A stretch of 64,000 nucleotides of DNA from Omnitrophica WOR_2 bacterium GWF2_43_52 (lineage in GTDB: Bacteria; Omnitrophota; Gorgyraeia; Gygaellales; UBA12090). Below, piece after piece: positions 18,133 to 27,763 of this stretch; the first letter of the stretch is position 1, and each line of letters begins with the position of its first letter. Under the pieces are notes generated by a model, which saw nothing but the letters and a program-made list of their open reading frames with translations, ran no database searches and was not told where the DNA came from. The stretch is taken from contig MHGF01000023.1 in NCBI GenBank assembly GCA_001805445.1, positions 18,859 through 82,858 on the forward strand, given 5' to 3'. Made by a program: the position numbers and the translations under genes.

Positions 18133-18846
18133 CTAATCGTCATCATCTTTTTCCTTGCAGACTTTTAGACATGGGCCGGGGGTACACTCACTGTCCTCAA
18201 TTTTACCATTTACGTTGGTATCGCAGTTGTTTGCTTTTTCCACCTTGCCTTTGGCCCCTGTAGTTTTTCCTTTAATGCCTCCTGGGGTAATGCCATTCTG
18301 ATAGGTACCGCCGCTGCCGTCTTTATGCCGAAAATACGTACCCTCATCGAGAAGACTGTAAGAGCTGTCTTTCATTAACTTTACTTTCCCAGTAGTAGCG
18401 TTTCTAGTAAAAGTCAGATTTTCGTCGCTTGAGTCGGTGCGCAGTACGTAGGATGAAGGATCCGTTGAAGTATCAAGAGGGCATTTTAATGTCTTTGGGT
18501 TACTGCCATAGTAGCGTTGTGGGAGAGGGATGCCCCAGGCAGGTTTTATGCCAACATGGTTTCTTAAAAAAGCCAGGCAAGGATTTTCCCGCTGTGTGCC
18601 GGTTACTGTTTGATACGCGAGGTAGATTTGCTGTGGGGTAAGCTGGCTTAAGGTGGTTGGAAGGGTATCAGTTTCCATGGTGTAGATATCTACTGCTTTT
18701 TGCAGTACTTGAAGATTTAACAGGCATGCCTTGTCTTTAGAGGAACGGACAGTTTTTTCATAGCTTGCGATAGAAAGAGATACGACAACGGTCAGGATAA
18801 TGATTGCTACCATTACCTCGATTAAGGTAAATGCTATCTTTTTCAT
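18133..18846 (-). CDS. Type IV pilin-like protein with a class III signal (MKKIAFTLIEVMVAIIIL), 237 aa, and a Cys-rich acidic C-terminus
   Basis: The N-terminus has the prepilin consensus with Glu at +5 but Ala instead of Gly at -1. The C-terminus has 6 Cys residues and a DDDD tail. Confidence 0.6.
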   Translation of the reverse strand: MKKIAFTLIEVMVAIIILTVVVSLSIASYEKTVRSSKDKACLLNLQVLQKAVDIYTMETDTLPTTLSQLTPQQIYLAYQTVTGTQRENPCLAFLRNHVGIKPAWGIPLPQRYYGSNPKTLKCPLDTSTDPSSYVLRTDSSDENLTFTRNATTGKVKLMKDSSYSLLDEGTYFRHKDGSGGTYQNGITPGGIKGKTTGAKGKVEKANNCDTNVNGKIEDSECTPGPCLKVCKEKDDDD

Positions 18847-18947
18847 GGGTTTGCCTCCTTTTTAGCTGTGGATTATCATTACAGAAGCTGTTGCCTTTGT
18901 CAAGAAAATTCTTGTAAAAGCTATCTCTCTGTGTTAGAGTTAAGCCG

Positions 18948-21398
18948 ATGGCATACTCTAAAAAAGACGAGGAAACACTGACGGTTGTTTTTTTTCTGTT
19001 TGTGATTTTTCTTATCTATAACTTCATTTTTGGAGTATCAGGTTTTTTTAAAATCCCTACCATAGTAACCGACGATTTTTTTGTCCTGGAAACCCGGGCT
19101 AAAAAACCTCTCCCTCGGGAAATCAAAGATATTATTATTGTCGCGGTTGATAACGATACCCTAAAACAAGTGGGCCTGCAGTGGCCGTGGAAACGTTCTG
19201 TCTATGCTGACCTGGTTGCGAAGATTCATTCGGGCGGCCCTAAGGCGATTTTTCTGGATTTTGCCTTTATGGGAAAGGCTAATGACGAGTCTTCGGATAT
19301 GATTTTTGCCGAGGCGCTTAAAAAAGCAGGCACGGTGATTTTGGCAGGCTATATTGATGAGCGAGGCGAATATGTGAAACCGCTTGAAATGCTTGCCGCT
19401 TTTTCCGCGGGTGTGGGGTTTGTCAATAAAAAGAATTTCAGGGCGCGCGACGCGCAGGAAGTCTTTCATAAGGATACTGTGTTTGAATATGGAGTGGAAG
19501 TAAAGATTTTAGCTCAGGCCCAAGGGATTCCCCGCTCAGCCATTCGTTACGACGCAAATAACATTGTGCTTTCTAAGAAAATAGCCATTCCGGTTAATGA
19601 GTATGGCGTGCTTCCCATCAATTACGCTGCCACGGTCTCAGACTTTACCACAGTTTCCGCGTATAAGGTTTTGGATTCCAGTATTGATAGGGAGGTATTT
19701 AAGGATAAAATAGTTATGGTTGGCATGACTGCGGATAGCGGACAGGATATTCACGATACCTTATTCGGTAAAATCCCCGGTATATACATTAACGCCAATA
19801 CCCTGCTTATGTTTATTTCGGGCAATTTTGTAAACAGGCTGCCCTATGCCTTTGAGAATAAGGAGCTACTTTTGAGTATTATGGGAGGAAGATTTAAGGA
19901 GGCCTTGCCGGGCCTGTTGAACGTGCTTATTTTGCTTTTGTTTACCTTTGGTATCGGTATGTTCGCGTTTCGTTTTAAGGCGTTGTATTCGGCGTTCTTT
20001 GTTTCAGTGGTTTTATATGGAGTGTCTTTAGGATATGGAGCTTTGCAAATCCGCCATAATTTTCGCATGGATATTTTTAGCCTTTTTTTTCTTAGCGGCA
20101 TCTCATTTATAGGGGTTGAGGCATATAAGTATATTAGTTTACTGATGCGTTCTGAAAAATTAAAAACCTCAGCGATTACCGAGCAGGCAACGGGTATTTT
20201 TACCCAACGCTACTTTCAGCTTTCTATGGAATCGGTTCTTATCAAAGGGGGAATACGGCAAAAAGGTTTTTTCTGTTTCATGAGTATTAATGAATTTTCT
20301 AAGATAACGGCATTATCTCCGCAGTCCGCCAGGGATATCATAAAAGCTCTCTCAGCCATACTGAAGGAATATTGCGGCAAAAAAATCATCCTTGCCCGTT
20401 ATGGGGAGAGCGCGCTTGTTGTGTGTCTGTGGCATAACGACAGAAAAAAAGTGGAAAAGGCATTACGCTTAGCAGTAAAAGAAATTGTCGAGCGTGATTT
20501 CATTGTTGAAAATAATGCCCTGAGGCTTTCCGTCAAAATAGCGGCGGTGGCTTTTCCTCAGGAGCATATAAGGAGTTACGCGGATGTAGTATTGACTTCT
20601 GAATCTATGTTACAACGTATGGGCTCTGACGCGCAGGTTCCTGTTGCCGTTTTTGACCCGAAGAGAGATACCGTCGTCAGGGCTAACGCTTCTTGTGATG
20701 CCGCGAAAATACTTCCTAAGGAGGAATTAGAGTACATAAGCATGGATTTGGAGGCGCGTAATAAAGAGCTGGAAGAAGCGCTCCGGGAGTTAAAGAAGCA
20801 GCAGAAAAAGATTGAAGAGACGTATTTTGAAACTATGCATTCCCTGGTCAAGGCCCTTGAAGAAAAGGATCCTTATACCTCAGGCCATTCGGAAAGGGTG
20901 AGCAGGTATGCCCAGACGCTGGCGAAAGGGTTGTTATTACCCGAGAAGGAAATAGACGCGGTCCAAAAAGCGGCATACCTGCACGATATAGGAAAAATCG
21001 GCCTTCCGGATAGAGTGCTGCACAAGAAGGAACGGCTCAATGATGAAGAGTTCGAATATATTAAGCGCCATCAGGCAGATGGGGCGAGAATATTGGAAGG
21101 CCTGCCCTTTTATAAAGAAATCGTGCCGTATATCCTGTATCATCACGAGCGCTACGACGGTAAAGGTTATCCCCACGGTTTATCCGGGGATATGATTCCC
21201 CGGGGGGCCCAGATTATCAGCATTGCCGATGCCTATGACGCGATGACCACCGGACGAGGGTATAATAATCCGCTCACCGCGCAAGAGGCAATCGCGGAAC
21301 TCAAAAAGTCGTTAGGCCAGCAGTTTCATCCACTCTACGCGGAAACCTTTATCAAGCTTCTGGAAGAGAAGAAGATTCACGCCTTTGATAAAGCCTAA
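18948..21398 (+). CDS. CHASE2 sensor - TM - degenerate GGDEF - HD-GYP c-di-GMP phosphodiesterase
   Basis: The periplasmic CHASE2-like N-domain is flanked by TM helices. The middle domain has the GGDEF fold but RYGESAL in place of GG(D/E)EF. The C-terminal HD-GYP domain has HDIGKIGLPD and HHERYDGKGYPHGL. Confidence 0.8.
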   Translation: MAYSKKDEETLTVVFFLFVIFLIYNFIFGVSGFFKIPTIVTDDFFVLETRAKKPLPREIKDIIIVAVDNDTLKQVGLQWPWKRSVYADLVAKIHSGGPKAIFLDFAFMGKANDESSDMIFAEALKKAGTVILAGYIDERGEYVKPLEMLAAFSAGVGFVNKKNFRARDAQEVFHKDTVFEYGVEVKILAQAQGIPRSAIRYDANNIVLSKKIAIPVNEYGVLPINYAATVSDFTTVSAYKVLDSSIDREVFKDKIVMVGMTADSGQDIHDTLFGKIPGIYINANTLLMFISGNFVNRLPYAFENKELLLSIMGGRFKEALPGLLNVLILLLFTFGIGMFAFRFKALYSAFFVSVVLYGVSLGYGALQIRHNFRMDIFSLFFLSGISFIGVEAYKYISLLMRSEKLKTSAITEQATGIFTQRYFQLSMESVLIKGGIRQKGFFCFMSINEFSKITALSPQSARDIIKALSAILKEYCGKKIILARYGESALVVCLWHNDRKKVEKALRLAVKEIVERDFIVENNALRLSVKIAAVAFPQEHIRSYADVVLTSESMLQRMGSDAQVPVAVFDPKRDTVVRANASCDAAKILPKEELEYISMDLEARNKELEEALRELKKQQKKIEETYFETMHSLVKALEEKDPYTSGHSERVSRYAQTLAKGLLLPEKEIDAVQKAAYLHDIGKIGLPDRVLHKKERLNDEEFEYIKRHQADGARILEGLPFYKEIVPYILYHHERYDGKGYPHGLSGDMIPRGAQIISIADAYDAMTTGRGYNNPLTAQEAIAELKKSLGQQFHPLYAETFIKLLEEKKIHAFDKA

Positions 21399-21457
21399 GC
21401 TTTTTTATGCCGGTTTCCTTTTAAAAGGTATTTTTTCAGTACTCTCTAAGAATTCCC

Positions 21458-21485
21458 TTGACAATACTGTGCTATAGTGTATAAA
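21458..21485 (+). promoter_or_regulatory. sigma70-like promoter TTGACA, 16-bp spacer, TATAAA, upstream of merR-like-pilN
   Basis: Consensus -35 hexamer at 21458-21463. Confidence 0.45.
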
Positions 21486-21540
21486 GTAATACTAAGCATA
21501 CTTAGTACATATTAGTACGGACCAAGCAGGATGGCAGGGG

Positions 21541-21750
21541 ATGAAGGAAAAATTTTATTCGACAAAGGATGTGTTAAAGAGGGTTGCGATATCGCGCAAT
21601 ACCTTATTTTTGTGGTTTAAGCACCATAAAATCCCTGAGGCACGGCGCGACCGTAATGGCTACAGGATATTTACAAAAGAAGATATCAGCGCGATTTTGG
21701 CGTATAAGAATAAATTAGTGCTTCCAAAAAGGGCGTCATGGCAAAGATAA
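21541..21750 (+). CDS. Small (69 aa) MerR-type HTH DNA-binding protein
   Basis: YSTKDVLKRVAISRNTLFLWFKHHKIPEARRDRNGYRIFTKEDI matches the MerR N-terminal HTH pattern. It overlaps the pilN start. Confidence 0.6.
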   Translation: MKEKFYSTKDVLKRVAISRNTLFLWFKHHKIPEARRDRNGYRIFTKEDISAILAYKNKLVLPKRASWQR

Positions 21751-22349
21751 ATTTGCTTCCTTCCGAAAGAACAAGTGAAAAGAAAAGCAGAGGGCCCGCA
21801 TTGAGCGTGCGCACGGTGCTTTGGTTTTTGCTTGCCGCCAACATTATTGTTATCCTGGCATCTTTAGGGATAAGGGTTTTCGCGTGGCAGCGCTTAAAAG
21901 GCATGGGCATTATTGACAGTGAATATCAGCAGGCAAGCGCCGTAAGCAGAAAAATACAAACTATAAAGCAGGAACAAAATAAGCTGACACAGGAATTGGG
22001 GGCGTTAGAGAAACTCGCGCAAAGAAATGTTTTATGGAGCGAGGAATTATCCCGCCTGCCGCAGATTATGCCTGAGGAAGTATGGCTTACCAGTTTTTCT
22101 TTTAGGAGTAAATCCTTAAAAGGCCAAGAGGATAAGACCCTTTATTTAAAAGGCGGGCTCAGGCCGCCACCGGAAACAATACCTATGGTTGTATTGAGTA
22201 AGCTTATCAACCAGCTTAAAGAGGATCCGTTATTTTCCGCGGATTTTGATGCCCCCGTCTTAACGGAATCAAAGACCGAAAAAAGAGATATTACGGATAT
22301 CATGACCTTCGCGATAGAGATGTCTTATAAACAGGACACCGGTAAATGA
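21738..22349 (+). CDS. pilN: Type IV pilus assembly protein PilN
   Basis: N-terminal INLLPSE, a single TM helix and a coiled coil. Its position is immediately upstream of the pilO, pilP and pilQ homologues. Confidence 0.65.
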   Translation: MAKINLLPSERTSEKKSRGPALSVRTVLWFLLAANIIVILASLGIRVFAWQRLKGMGIIDSEYQQASAVSRKIQTIKQEQNKLTQELGALEKLAQRNVLWSEELSRLPQIMPEEVWLTSFSFRSKSLKGQEDKTLYLKGGLRPPPETIPMVVLSKLINQLKEDPLFSADFDAPVLTESKTEKRDITDIMTFAIEMSYKQDTGK

Positions 22350-22924
22350 ATAAAAAGCTTCTTGCCAGCCAACAGTCAATTTTTATAACAGTGATAATTT
22401 CCGCGGTGAGCCTGGTGGCAGTAGTGTATTTTGGCTTGTTTCCTTCTCTCGCGAATTTTCAGCAGATAGCCCAGCAGATAAAAGATAAAAAAACAGGGCT
22501 CATCGCGTTAAAAACACCGGCTGAAGAGTATGGGGCGCTGGAGGAAAAGGTAAAAACGCTGGGAGGGCGCAGAGAGGCCTTAAAAAATAAGCTTGTCTGG
22601 GAAAGCGATATCAGTAGTTTCTTAACGCGCATTATCCAGTTAGCTTCTGATTTAAAAATAGAGTTTGTTTCCCTAAGGCCGGAAGTAAAGTCATCGCCTT
22701 CAGAGAAAGTAAAAGGCCTGTCCGATGATTATATGTTGACAGAAGTCCCTATCGTGCTTATAATTAAAAGCAATTACGGGGATTTAATTCAATTCCTGGA
22801 ACGGATAGAGCAATCAGACAAATTTATTGGCGTAGAGTCGTTTTCCATAGATACGCAGCCACTTGATATCTCTACCCACAGTATTAGAATGGATTTGAGC
22901 ATATTTGCCAAGGAAAAGAGGTAG
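22346..22924 (+). CDS. pilO: Type IV pilus assembly protein PilO-like
   Basis: Bitopic membrane protein with a coiled coil, sitting between pilN and pilP. Confidence 0.5.
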   Translation: MNKKLLASQQSIFITVIISAVSLVAVVYFGLFPSLANFQQIAQQIKDKKTGLIALKTPAEEYGALEEKVKTLGGRREALKNKLVWESDISSFLTRIIQLASDLKIEFVSLRPEVKSSPSEKVKGLSDDYMLTEVPIVLIIKSNYGDLIQFLERIEQSDKFIGVESFSIDTQPLDISTHSIRMDLSIFAKEKR

Positions 22925-22937
22925 GGGGGCGGAATCA

Positions 22938-23378
22938 ATGGGAAAGATACTTGCCGCTGTAACGATTGCCATGGCAGCCTATGGCATGTATGTAACCACG
23001 AGTGCCGCGGAACTTCGCGATCCATTTATATCCATTATGGATCTTGAGAAGAAACAAATTGTAGAACAAAAAACTATAGACTTATCCAATGTCGCTCTCA
23101 AGGGAATAATTTGGAATGATGCTTTAGCAGTCGCGGTTATTAACGAAGAATTGATAATGGCCGGAGATACCTGGCGGGATTTTAAGGTTGAGAAGATTGA
23201 AAAAGACAGTGTCCTATTAAGTATCGAAGGCAAAGAATATACACTTTCTCTTGGTGAGGGGGAGAGCCCCGACAAAACAGCGGCCTCGGTACCGCAAACC
23301 CATCAATTATCCCTGCCGGAAGAAGAGCCTTTCACGCAGGGGATCCCCCAGACTGAAGGAGGAAACGAGTGGAGATAA
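22938..23378 (+). CDS. pilP: PilP-like pilus assembly protein
   Basis: ALKGIIWNDALAVAVIN…GDTW…KIEKDSVLLSIEGKEYTLSL fits the PilP beta-sandwich pattern. The ORF track starts at 22905. Confidence 0.5.
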   Translation: MGKILAAVTIAMAAYGMYVTTSAAELRDPFISIMDLEKKQIVEQKTIDLSNVALKGIIWNDALAVAVINEELIMAGDTWRDFKVEKIEKDSVLLSIEGKEYTLSLGEGESPDKTAASVPQTHQLSLPEEEPFTQGIPQTEGGNEWR

Positions 23379-24862
23379 ACGCTAGAAATAAACTGAAGGC
23401 AAAAAGCCTCAGGATTATTTTTTTCTTATCTGTTTTGCTTTGCATGGCTCCGCTATACGCGCAAGAAGTTCCTGCAACCGAGGAGCCCCAGCAGAAGGAG
23501 CAGGAAAGATTCCTTGTGGATTTTGATTTTCGTGATGCCGATATACGCGATGTGGCCAGGGCTTTTTCCCGTATCAGTAAAACCAACATCATTGTCAGCG
23601 ATGACGTAAAAGCCAATGTTACCATGAAGGTCCAAACTATGGATTGGAAAGAGGCGCTGACGATGATCTTGGGCGCCTACAATATCACCCTGATGGAAAA
23701 AGACAGCTATATTATTATCACGACGGCAGAAAGGCGTAAGCAGGCCGAGGAAAGCGGTGAGCTGCAGACTCGTGTCGTAAGCCTTAATTTTGTTAATGTT
23801 GTTGATACCCAAAAGACTTTGCTTTCTATGTTAAGCAGCAGGGGTAGAATAGAAATAGACGCGCGGACAAACAGCCTGGTCATTACCGATATCCCCGAAA
23901 AAGCGGATAAAATTCACAATGTGGCTTTGGAATTGGACACAAAAACTCCGCAGGTAATGATTGAGGCCTTGATAGTGACCGTGAAACTTAATGATGACGA
24001 ACAGTTTGGAATTGACTGGTTGCTCAAGCCTGTTGAAACAAATGAATGGAATTTCCGCCAGGATTTAGCATTGGATAGAACAACGGGTTTTCAGGCAGGC
24101 TGGGCTAAAACGGTTCTCCCTACATGGGCTGACCTTTCAACGCTCATTGAATACTGGAAGGAGCAGAAAAGGGTGAATATCCTTGCCAGCCCTCGGGTAA
24201 TGACCTTGGATAATTTTACCGCTACCATAGACCTTACCGAACAAGTCCCCTATACCTCGCAAAGCCAGTCTACCAGCGGCAGCGGAGAAACGGTGCAGTC
24301 AACGCAATTTAAGGATATCCCGATCAGCCTTTATGTCAAACCTCATATCACCAAGGATAACTACATTTTTATGAATATCAAAACAGAGCAAAGTATTCAT
24401 AGCGGCGATACCTCTGATTTTCAGCCTATTGTTGATTCACGCAAAGCGGAAACCAATGTCATGGTCAGAGACGGAGAAACCGTAGTTATCGGTGGCTTAC
24501 GAAAGAAAGAGCATACGACGACCGTTGATAAGCTGCCCTTTATCAGCGATATTCCTTACGTAGGGAATTTATTTAAAAAAACTATAACCGCGGAGGTGGA
24601 TACGGAACTTCTTATTTTTGTTACTCCGCGCATTGTTACTGAAGCAATGATGACCGAGCATGAGAAAGCGCAGTTGGCAGCCTCAAGCGTATTGAAAGAA
24701 TATGACGAAAAAGGCCTCAACGAGAAAGGCAAGAGCCTAAAACAGAATAGGGTAAAGGAAATTCCAAAGCCTCAAGAGCAAATAAAAACAGCGGGGGATG
24801 TCCCGGGGTTATTTGGGCAGGGTGTTCCTTTTCCTTTGAGGCCGCCTTCAGAATTGAAATAG
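23369..24862 (+). CDS. pilQ: Type IV pilus secretin PilQ (GTG start)
   Basis: Signal peptide, N-domains, and a secretin domain (ETVVIGGL…LPFISDIPYVGNLFK…LLIFVTPRIV). Confidence 0.85.
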   Translation: MEINARNKLKAKSLRIIFFLSVLLCMAPLYAQEVPATEEPQQKEQERFLVDFDFRDADIRDVARAFSRISKTNIIVSDDVKANVTMKVQTMDWKEALTMILGAYNITLMEKDSYIIITTAERRKQAEESGELQTRVVSLNFVNVVDTQKTLLSMLSSRGRIEIDARTNSLVITDIPEKADKIHNVALELDTKTPQVMIEALIVTVKLNDDEQFGIDWLLKPVETNEWNFRQDLALDRTTGFQAGWAKTVLPTWADLSTLIEYWKEQKRVNILASPRVMTLDNFTATIDLTEQVPYTSQSQSTSGSGETVQSTQFKDIPISLYVKPHITKDNYIFMNIKTEQSIHSGDTSDFQPIVDSRKAETNVMVRDGETVVIGGLRKKEHTTTVDKLPFISDIPYVGNLFKKTITAEVDTELLIFVTPRIVTEAMMTEHEKAQLAASSVLKEYDEKGLNEKGKSLKQNRVKEIPKPQEQIKTAGDVPGLFGQGVPFPLRPPSELK

Positions 24863-24879
24863 AAGGGAGAAAAATTTCT

Positions 24880-26055
24880 ATGGCATGGTGGAAAAATGTT
24901 TTTACAGCTTTTGTTTGTGTAAGCGTACCTTTCTTGGCCTTAACGTTATGTAATGCCCAAGATGACGCAACTCTACAGGAAAGCGACGATACCTTGTCTA
25001 TCTTTGAATCGCGAATCAACGCGCTTATTGAAGAAAATATAATGTTAAAGAAGAAGTTAAAGGATTTTGACAGCGGGCTTTCTTCTGTCCAGCGAGGGGC
25101 TTTTTCAGGCGCGGACACGAAGAGCCAAAAGTTGCAAGAAGAAAATCAATCCTTATCAGGGGAATTAGAGAAAAAAGACAAAGAAATTGTCGCGCTGCAA
25201 AAGCAGTTGGCAAACCTTAAAGAAAGCAATCAGGATGCTGAGCCAGCCTCAAAGAGCAAGCTGAAATCTTTAGAAGCAGAAGTGCAGTCTCTGCGCGCGC
25301 AACGAGATGAAAGCAGTAAAGAGAACGCCAGCCTCCGTGGCCAGCTGGAGAAGGCAAAAGATGAAATAGCGGTGGTTGCTGATTTACAAAGTAAACTTAA
25401 GTCTTTGGAAGATGCGGCGCAGTCACTGCGTACAGAGATAGAGGAAAGCAGCAAAGAGAAGAGCGAGCTCCGCGGCCAGATGGAGAAGGCAAAGGGTGAA
25501 ATAGCCGCAGCCGCTAGTGTTTCTGAGGCGTTTAATAAGCTTCAAGAAGAAAACAAAGAATTGCGGGAAAATGTTGCCGCGTTGCAAGAGGCAAATAGCG
25601 CCCAGGCCTTAGAAAGGACCATGTTAGAAGCGATGTTACGCAGGCATCCTCAAGGCCTAAAGCCGCCGCAACCTGCGGGCCCGGATGAAGGTAATTTTGA
25701 CGTGATGATACATACGAATTTAGGATTCGCTTATGCCATGAAGGAAAATATTGATGAGGCTGTCCGAGAATATCAGCAAGCGCTGAGCGCTAACCCTGAA
25801 GATAAGGATATCCATTATAATTTAGGATATCTTCTCAATAAGCAAAATAATTATTCAGAAGCAATTAAAGAGTATTCTCAAGCGCTTAAAGGCACGCCTC
25901 AGGATCAGGAAATATATTATAATGTCGCGCTTATCTACGCGCTTGGCCTTAAAGATGTAAAGACGGCTGAGGAATACCACCAGAAATTTTTGAGCCTTGC
26001 TTCTCCCGATTCCGGTTCTTCATCTCCCGTAGAGGAAGCCGGGAAGGCAAAATAA
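24880..26055 (+). CDS. Lipoprotein with a long coiled coil plus a C-terminal TPR domain; candidate secretin pilotin (PilF/Tgl-like)
   Basis: Lipobox LTLC. It has more than 200 aa of heptad-like E/K/L/Q-rich sequence, then TPR repeats (AYAMKENIDEAVREYQQALSANPED…). Confidence 0.5.
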   Translation: MAWWKNVFTAFVCVSVPFLALTLCNAQDDATLQESDDTLSIFESRINALIEENIMLKKKLKDFDSGLSSVQRGAFSGADTKSQKLQEENQSLSGELEKKDKEIVALQKQLANLKESNQDAEPASKSKLKSLEAEVQSLRAQRDESSKENASLRGQLEKAKDEIAVVADLQSKLKSLEDAAQSLRTEIEESSKEKSELRGQMEKAKGEIAAAASVSEAFNKLQEENKELRENVAALQEANSAQALERTMLEAMLRRHPQGLKPPQPAGPDEGNFDVMIHTNLGFAYAMKENIDEAVREYQQALSANPEDKDIHYNLGYLLNKQNNYSEAIKEYSQALKGTPQDQEIYYNVALIYALGLKDVKTAEEYHQKFLSLASPDSGSSSPVEEAGKAK

Positions 26056-26058
26056 ACA

Positions 26059-27087
26059 ATGCAAGGTGAAAATCCTCTGAGAGCTATCTTTCATCAGCCT
26101 TCCTGCCGCAGCGGGTTAGATATAGGAAATTACAGCGTTAAGTTCGTTACCATCAAAAAAGCGCCTCTGCGCAAAAAAAGCCTTCTTTCTTTTTCTGCCG
26201 TAACACTTGCCAAGAATGCCTCAGGCCAGAATATACAAGACGCCATCGTACAGGCATCGCAGGGCATGCCTCCGGAGTCAAAAAAAATAAAATTGTCTAT
26301 TTCTGGCCCAAATATCATTGCCCGGTATATCCTTTTGCCGGCGATGAAGGAGTCTGATTTAGCGAAAGCGCTAGAGTTCGAGTTGGAAAAATACATCCCC
26401 TATAAAAAGGAAGAGGCGATTATTAATTATTATATATTAACCCGCCTGCCTAATAACCAGATGGTCGTGTTGTTTGTTGCCGCGGAGCGTAAGGTTGTGC
26501 AGGAACGGATTGATTTGGTTAAAGGCGCTGGCTTGGAGCCGCAGCTTATTACTATCGATGCCCTTGCTTTATGCGAGATTTTTAAAGCTTTGGTCCCAAA
26601 ATATAAAGGGGTGGCAGTTATTTTAGATATCGGATACCGCTTGACCAAGTTGGTAGTCTTAGAAAATAATATCCCCTTTTTCTCCCGGGATATAGAAATC
26701 GGAGAATATGACATTATTCAAATGATTGCCGACAGGATGAATATCTCCTATGTAACAGCAAAAGAACAGGCCTGCGGCGCAGATGAGCATAAGGTGAAGG
26801 AGTTAGCCGAGGCAGCAAAAACCGAGTTGCATACTTTATTGAATGAAATTTCGTTATCTTTTGAATATTGCGAAAGAAATCTGGAAAAAAAGGTGCAGCA
26901 AATCTTCTTATGCGGCGGAGGCTCAAGAATAAAAATCTTATCAGGCTTCTTAGAAGGAATTCCTGATGTTAAAATAAGCTTTCTTGACCTTGCGCAAGGA
27001 TTTAGCGTAGTTTCAGCAGCCAGTTCTCAGGAAATTCATGATTCTGCCTCTTTTCTCTGTGTGGGGGCAGGCTTAGCGCTTAGTTAG
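26059..27087 (+). CDS. pilM: Type IV pilus assembly ATPase-fold protein PilM (actin-like)
   Basis: GLDIGNYSVKFV N-terminus and a C-terminal …LCGGGSRI motif. Confidence 0.8.
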   Translation: MQGENPLRAIFHQPSCRSGLDIGNYSVKFVTIKKAPLRKKSLLSFSAVTLAKNASGQNIQDAIVQASQGMPPESKKIKLSISGPNIIARYILLPAMKESDLAKALEFELEKYIPYKKEEAIINYYILTRLPNNQMVVLFVAAERKVVQERIDLVKGAGLEPQLITIDALALCEIFKALVPKYKGVAVILDIGYRLTKLVVLENNIPFFSRDIEIGEYDIIQMIADRMNISYVTAKEQACGADEHKVKELAEAAKTELHTLLNEISLSFEYCERNLEKKVQQIFLCGGGSRIKILSGFLEGIPDVKISFLDLAQGFSVVSAASSQEIHDSASFLCVGAGLALS

Positions 27088-27429
27088 TGAGCACTGAAAA
27101 GTGGTAACTAATTAGCGGACGTATCAAGCAACCGCGGCCTTAATTTTTAAGACAGTAACAAGAATATCTTCCTTTCTATCATTTTCTTCTTTTCCTATCC
27201 AAAAATGCAGCGCATTGTTTAACCACAGAATAGTCATTCTCTGTAAAATGAGGGATAATACCATTTGATTTTTATCTATTTTGGTGCTATATATATATTT
27301 GTTTTATCAGCCTGCAAGAAGCGAGCTTTAACGCTTCTTACGCGGTAAACTTTGGTTCATTCGTAAATAATGTGGAGCACTTAGCGTAACTGTTTGATAA
27401 TAAAGGGGAATTGCTAAAATCACTAGCAA

Positions 27430-27705
27430 TAGCGAAACTAATAGTTTTTGCAGCGAATGGTTCGACTACGCTCACCATTCGTACTGAGCAAAGTCGAAGT
27501 ACGAATGATGATTTTAGGCAAAAAGTCCGAATAGTTTCGGGAATCCCGATGCTCTCTAAGTATCATCGGAGCAATATCGGGACGACGAGGATGTGTGAGC
27601 CCCGACGAGTCCGGCGGGGCGAGTTCCGCAGTCGCCGAAACTATGAGAGGCTTTTTGACGTGAAAAAATCGTCCTGAGCGAAAAAATTATTAGTTTTGCA
27701 AACCA
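27430..27705 (+). ncRNA. Highly structured ~275-bp intergenic element of unknown identity, bounded by imperfect direct repeats (ACTAATAGTTTTTGCA / ATTATTAGTTTTGCAA)
   Basis: It contains multiple nested stem-loops (CGAATGG…CCATTCG; GTACTGAGCAAAGTCGAAGTAC; CGGGAATCCCGATG…CATCGG; CCCCGACGAGTCCGGCGGGG). The ORF 27411-27677 across it is implausible. I found no other copy in the window. Confidence 0.3.
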
Positions 27706-27763
27706 CTACATCCACAAAATTCACGAAAGAACCTAAACTTTTAACAGGATTATACTGTTAGCA

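Noticed and set aside
27560-27640. Possible group II intron domain V (GAGCCCCG…CGGGGCGAGTTC)
   Set aside because: The 5'-GAGC / GUUC-3' closing pairs are present, but the internal pairing and bulge do not reproduce the 34-nt domain V architecture. No AGC triad context or reverse-transcriptase or maturase ORF is nearby.
27430-27705. c-di-GMP riboswitch upstream of the GGDEF gene
   Set aside because: I cannot find the conserved class I (GEMM) or class II core sequences by eye. It is left as an unclassified structured element pending a covariance-model search.
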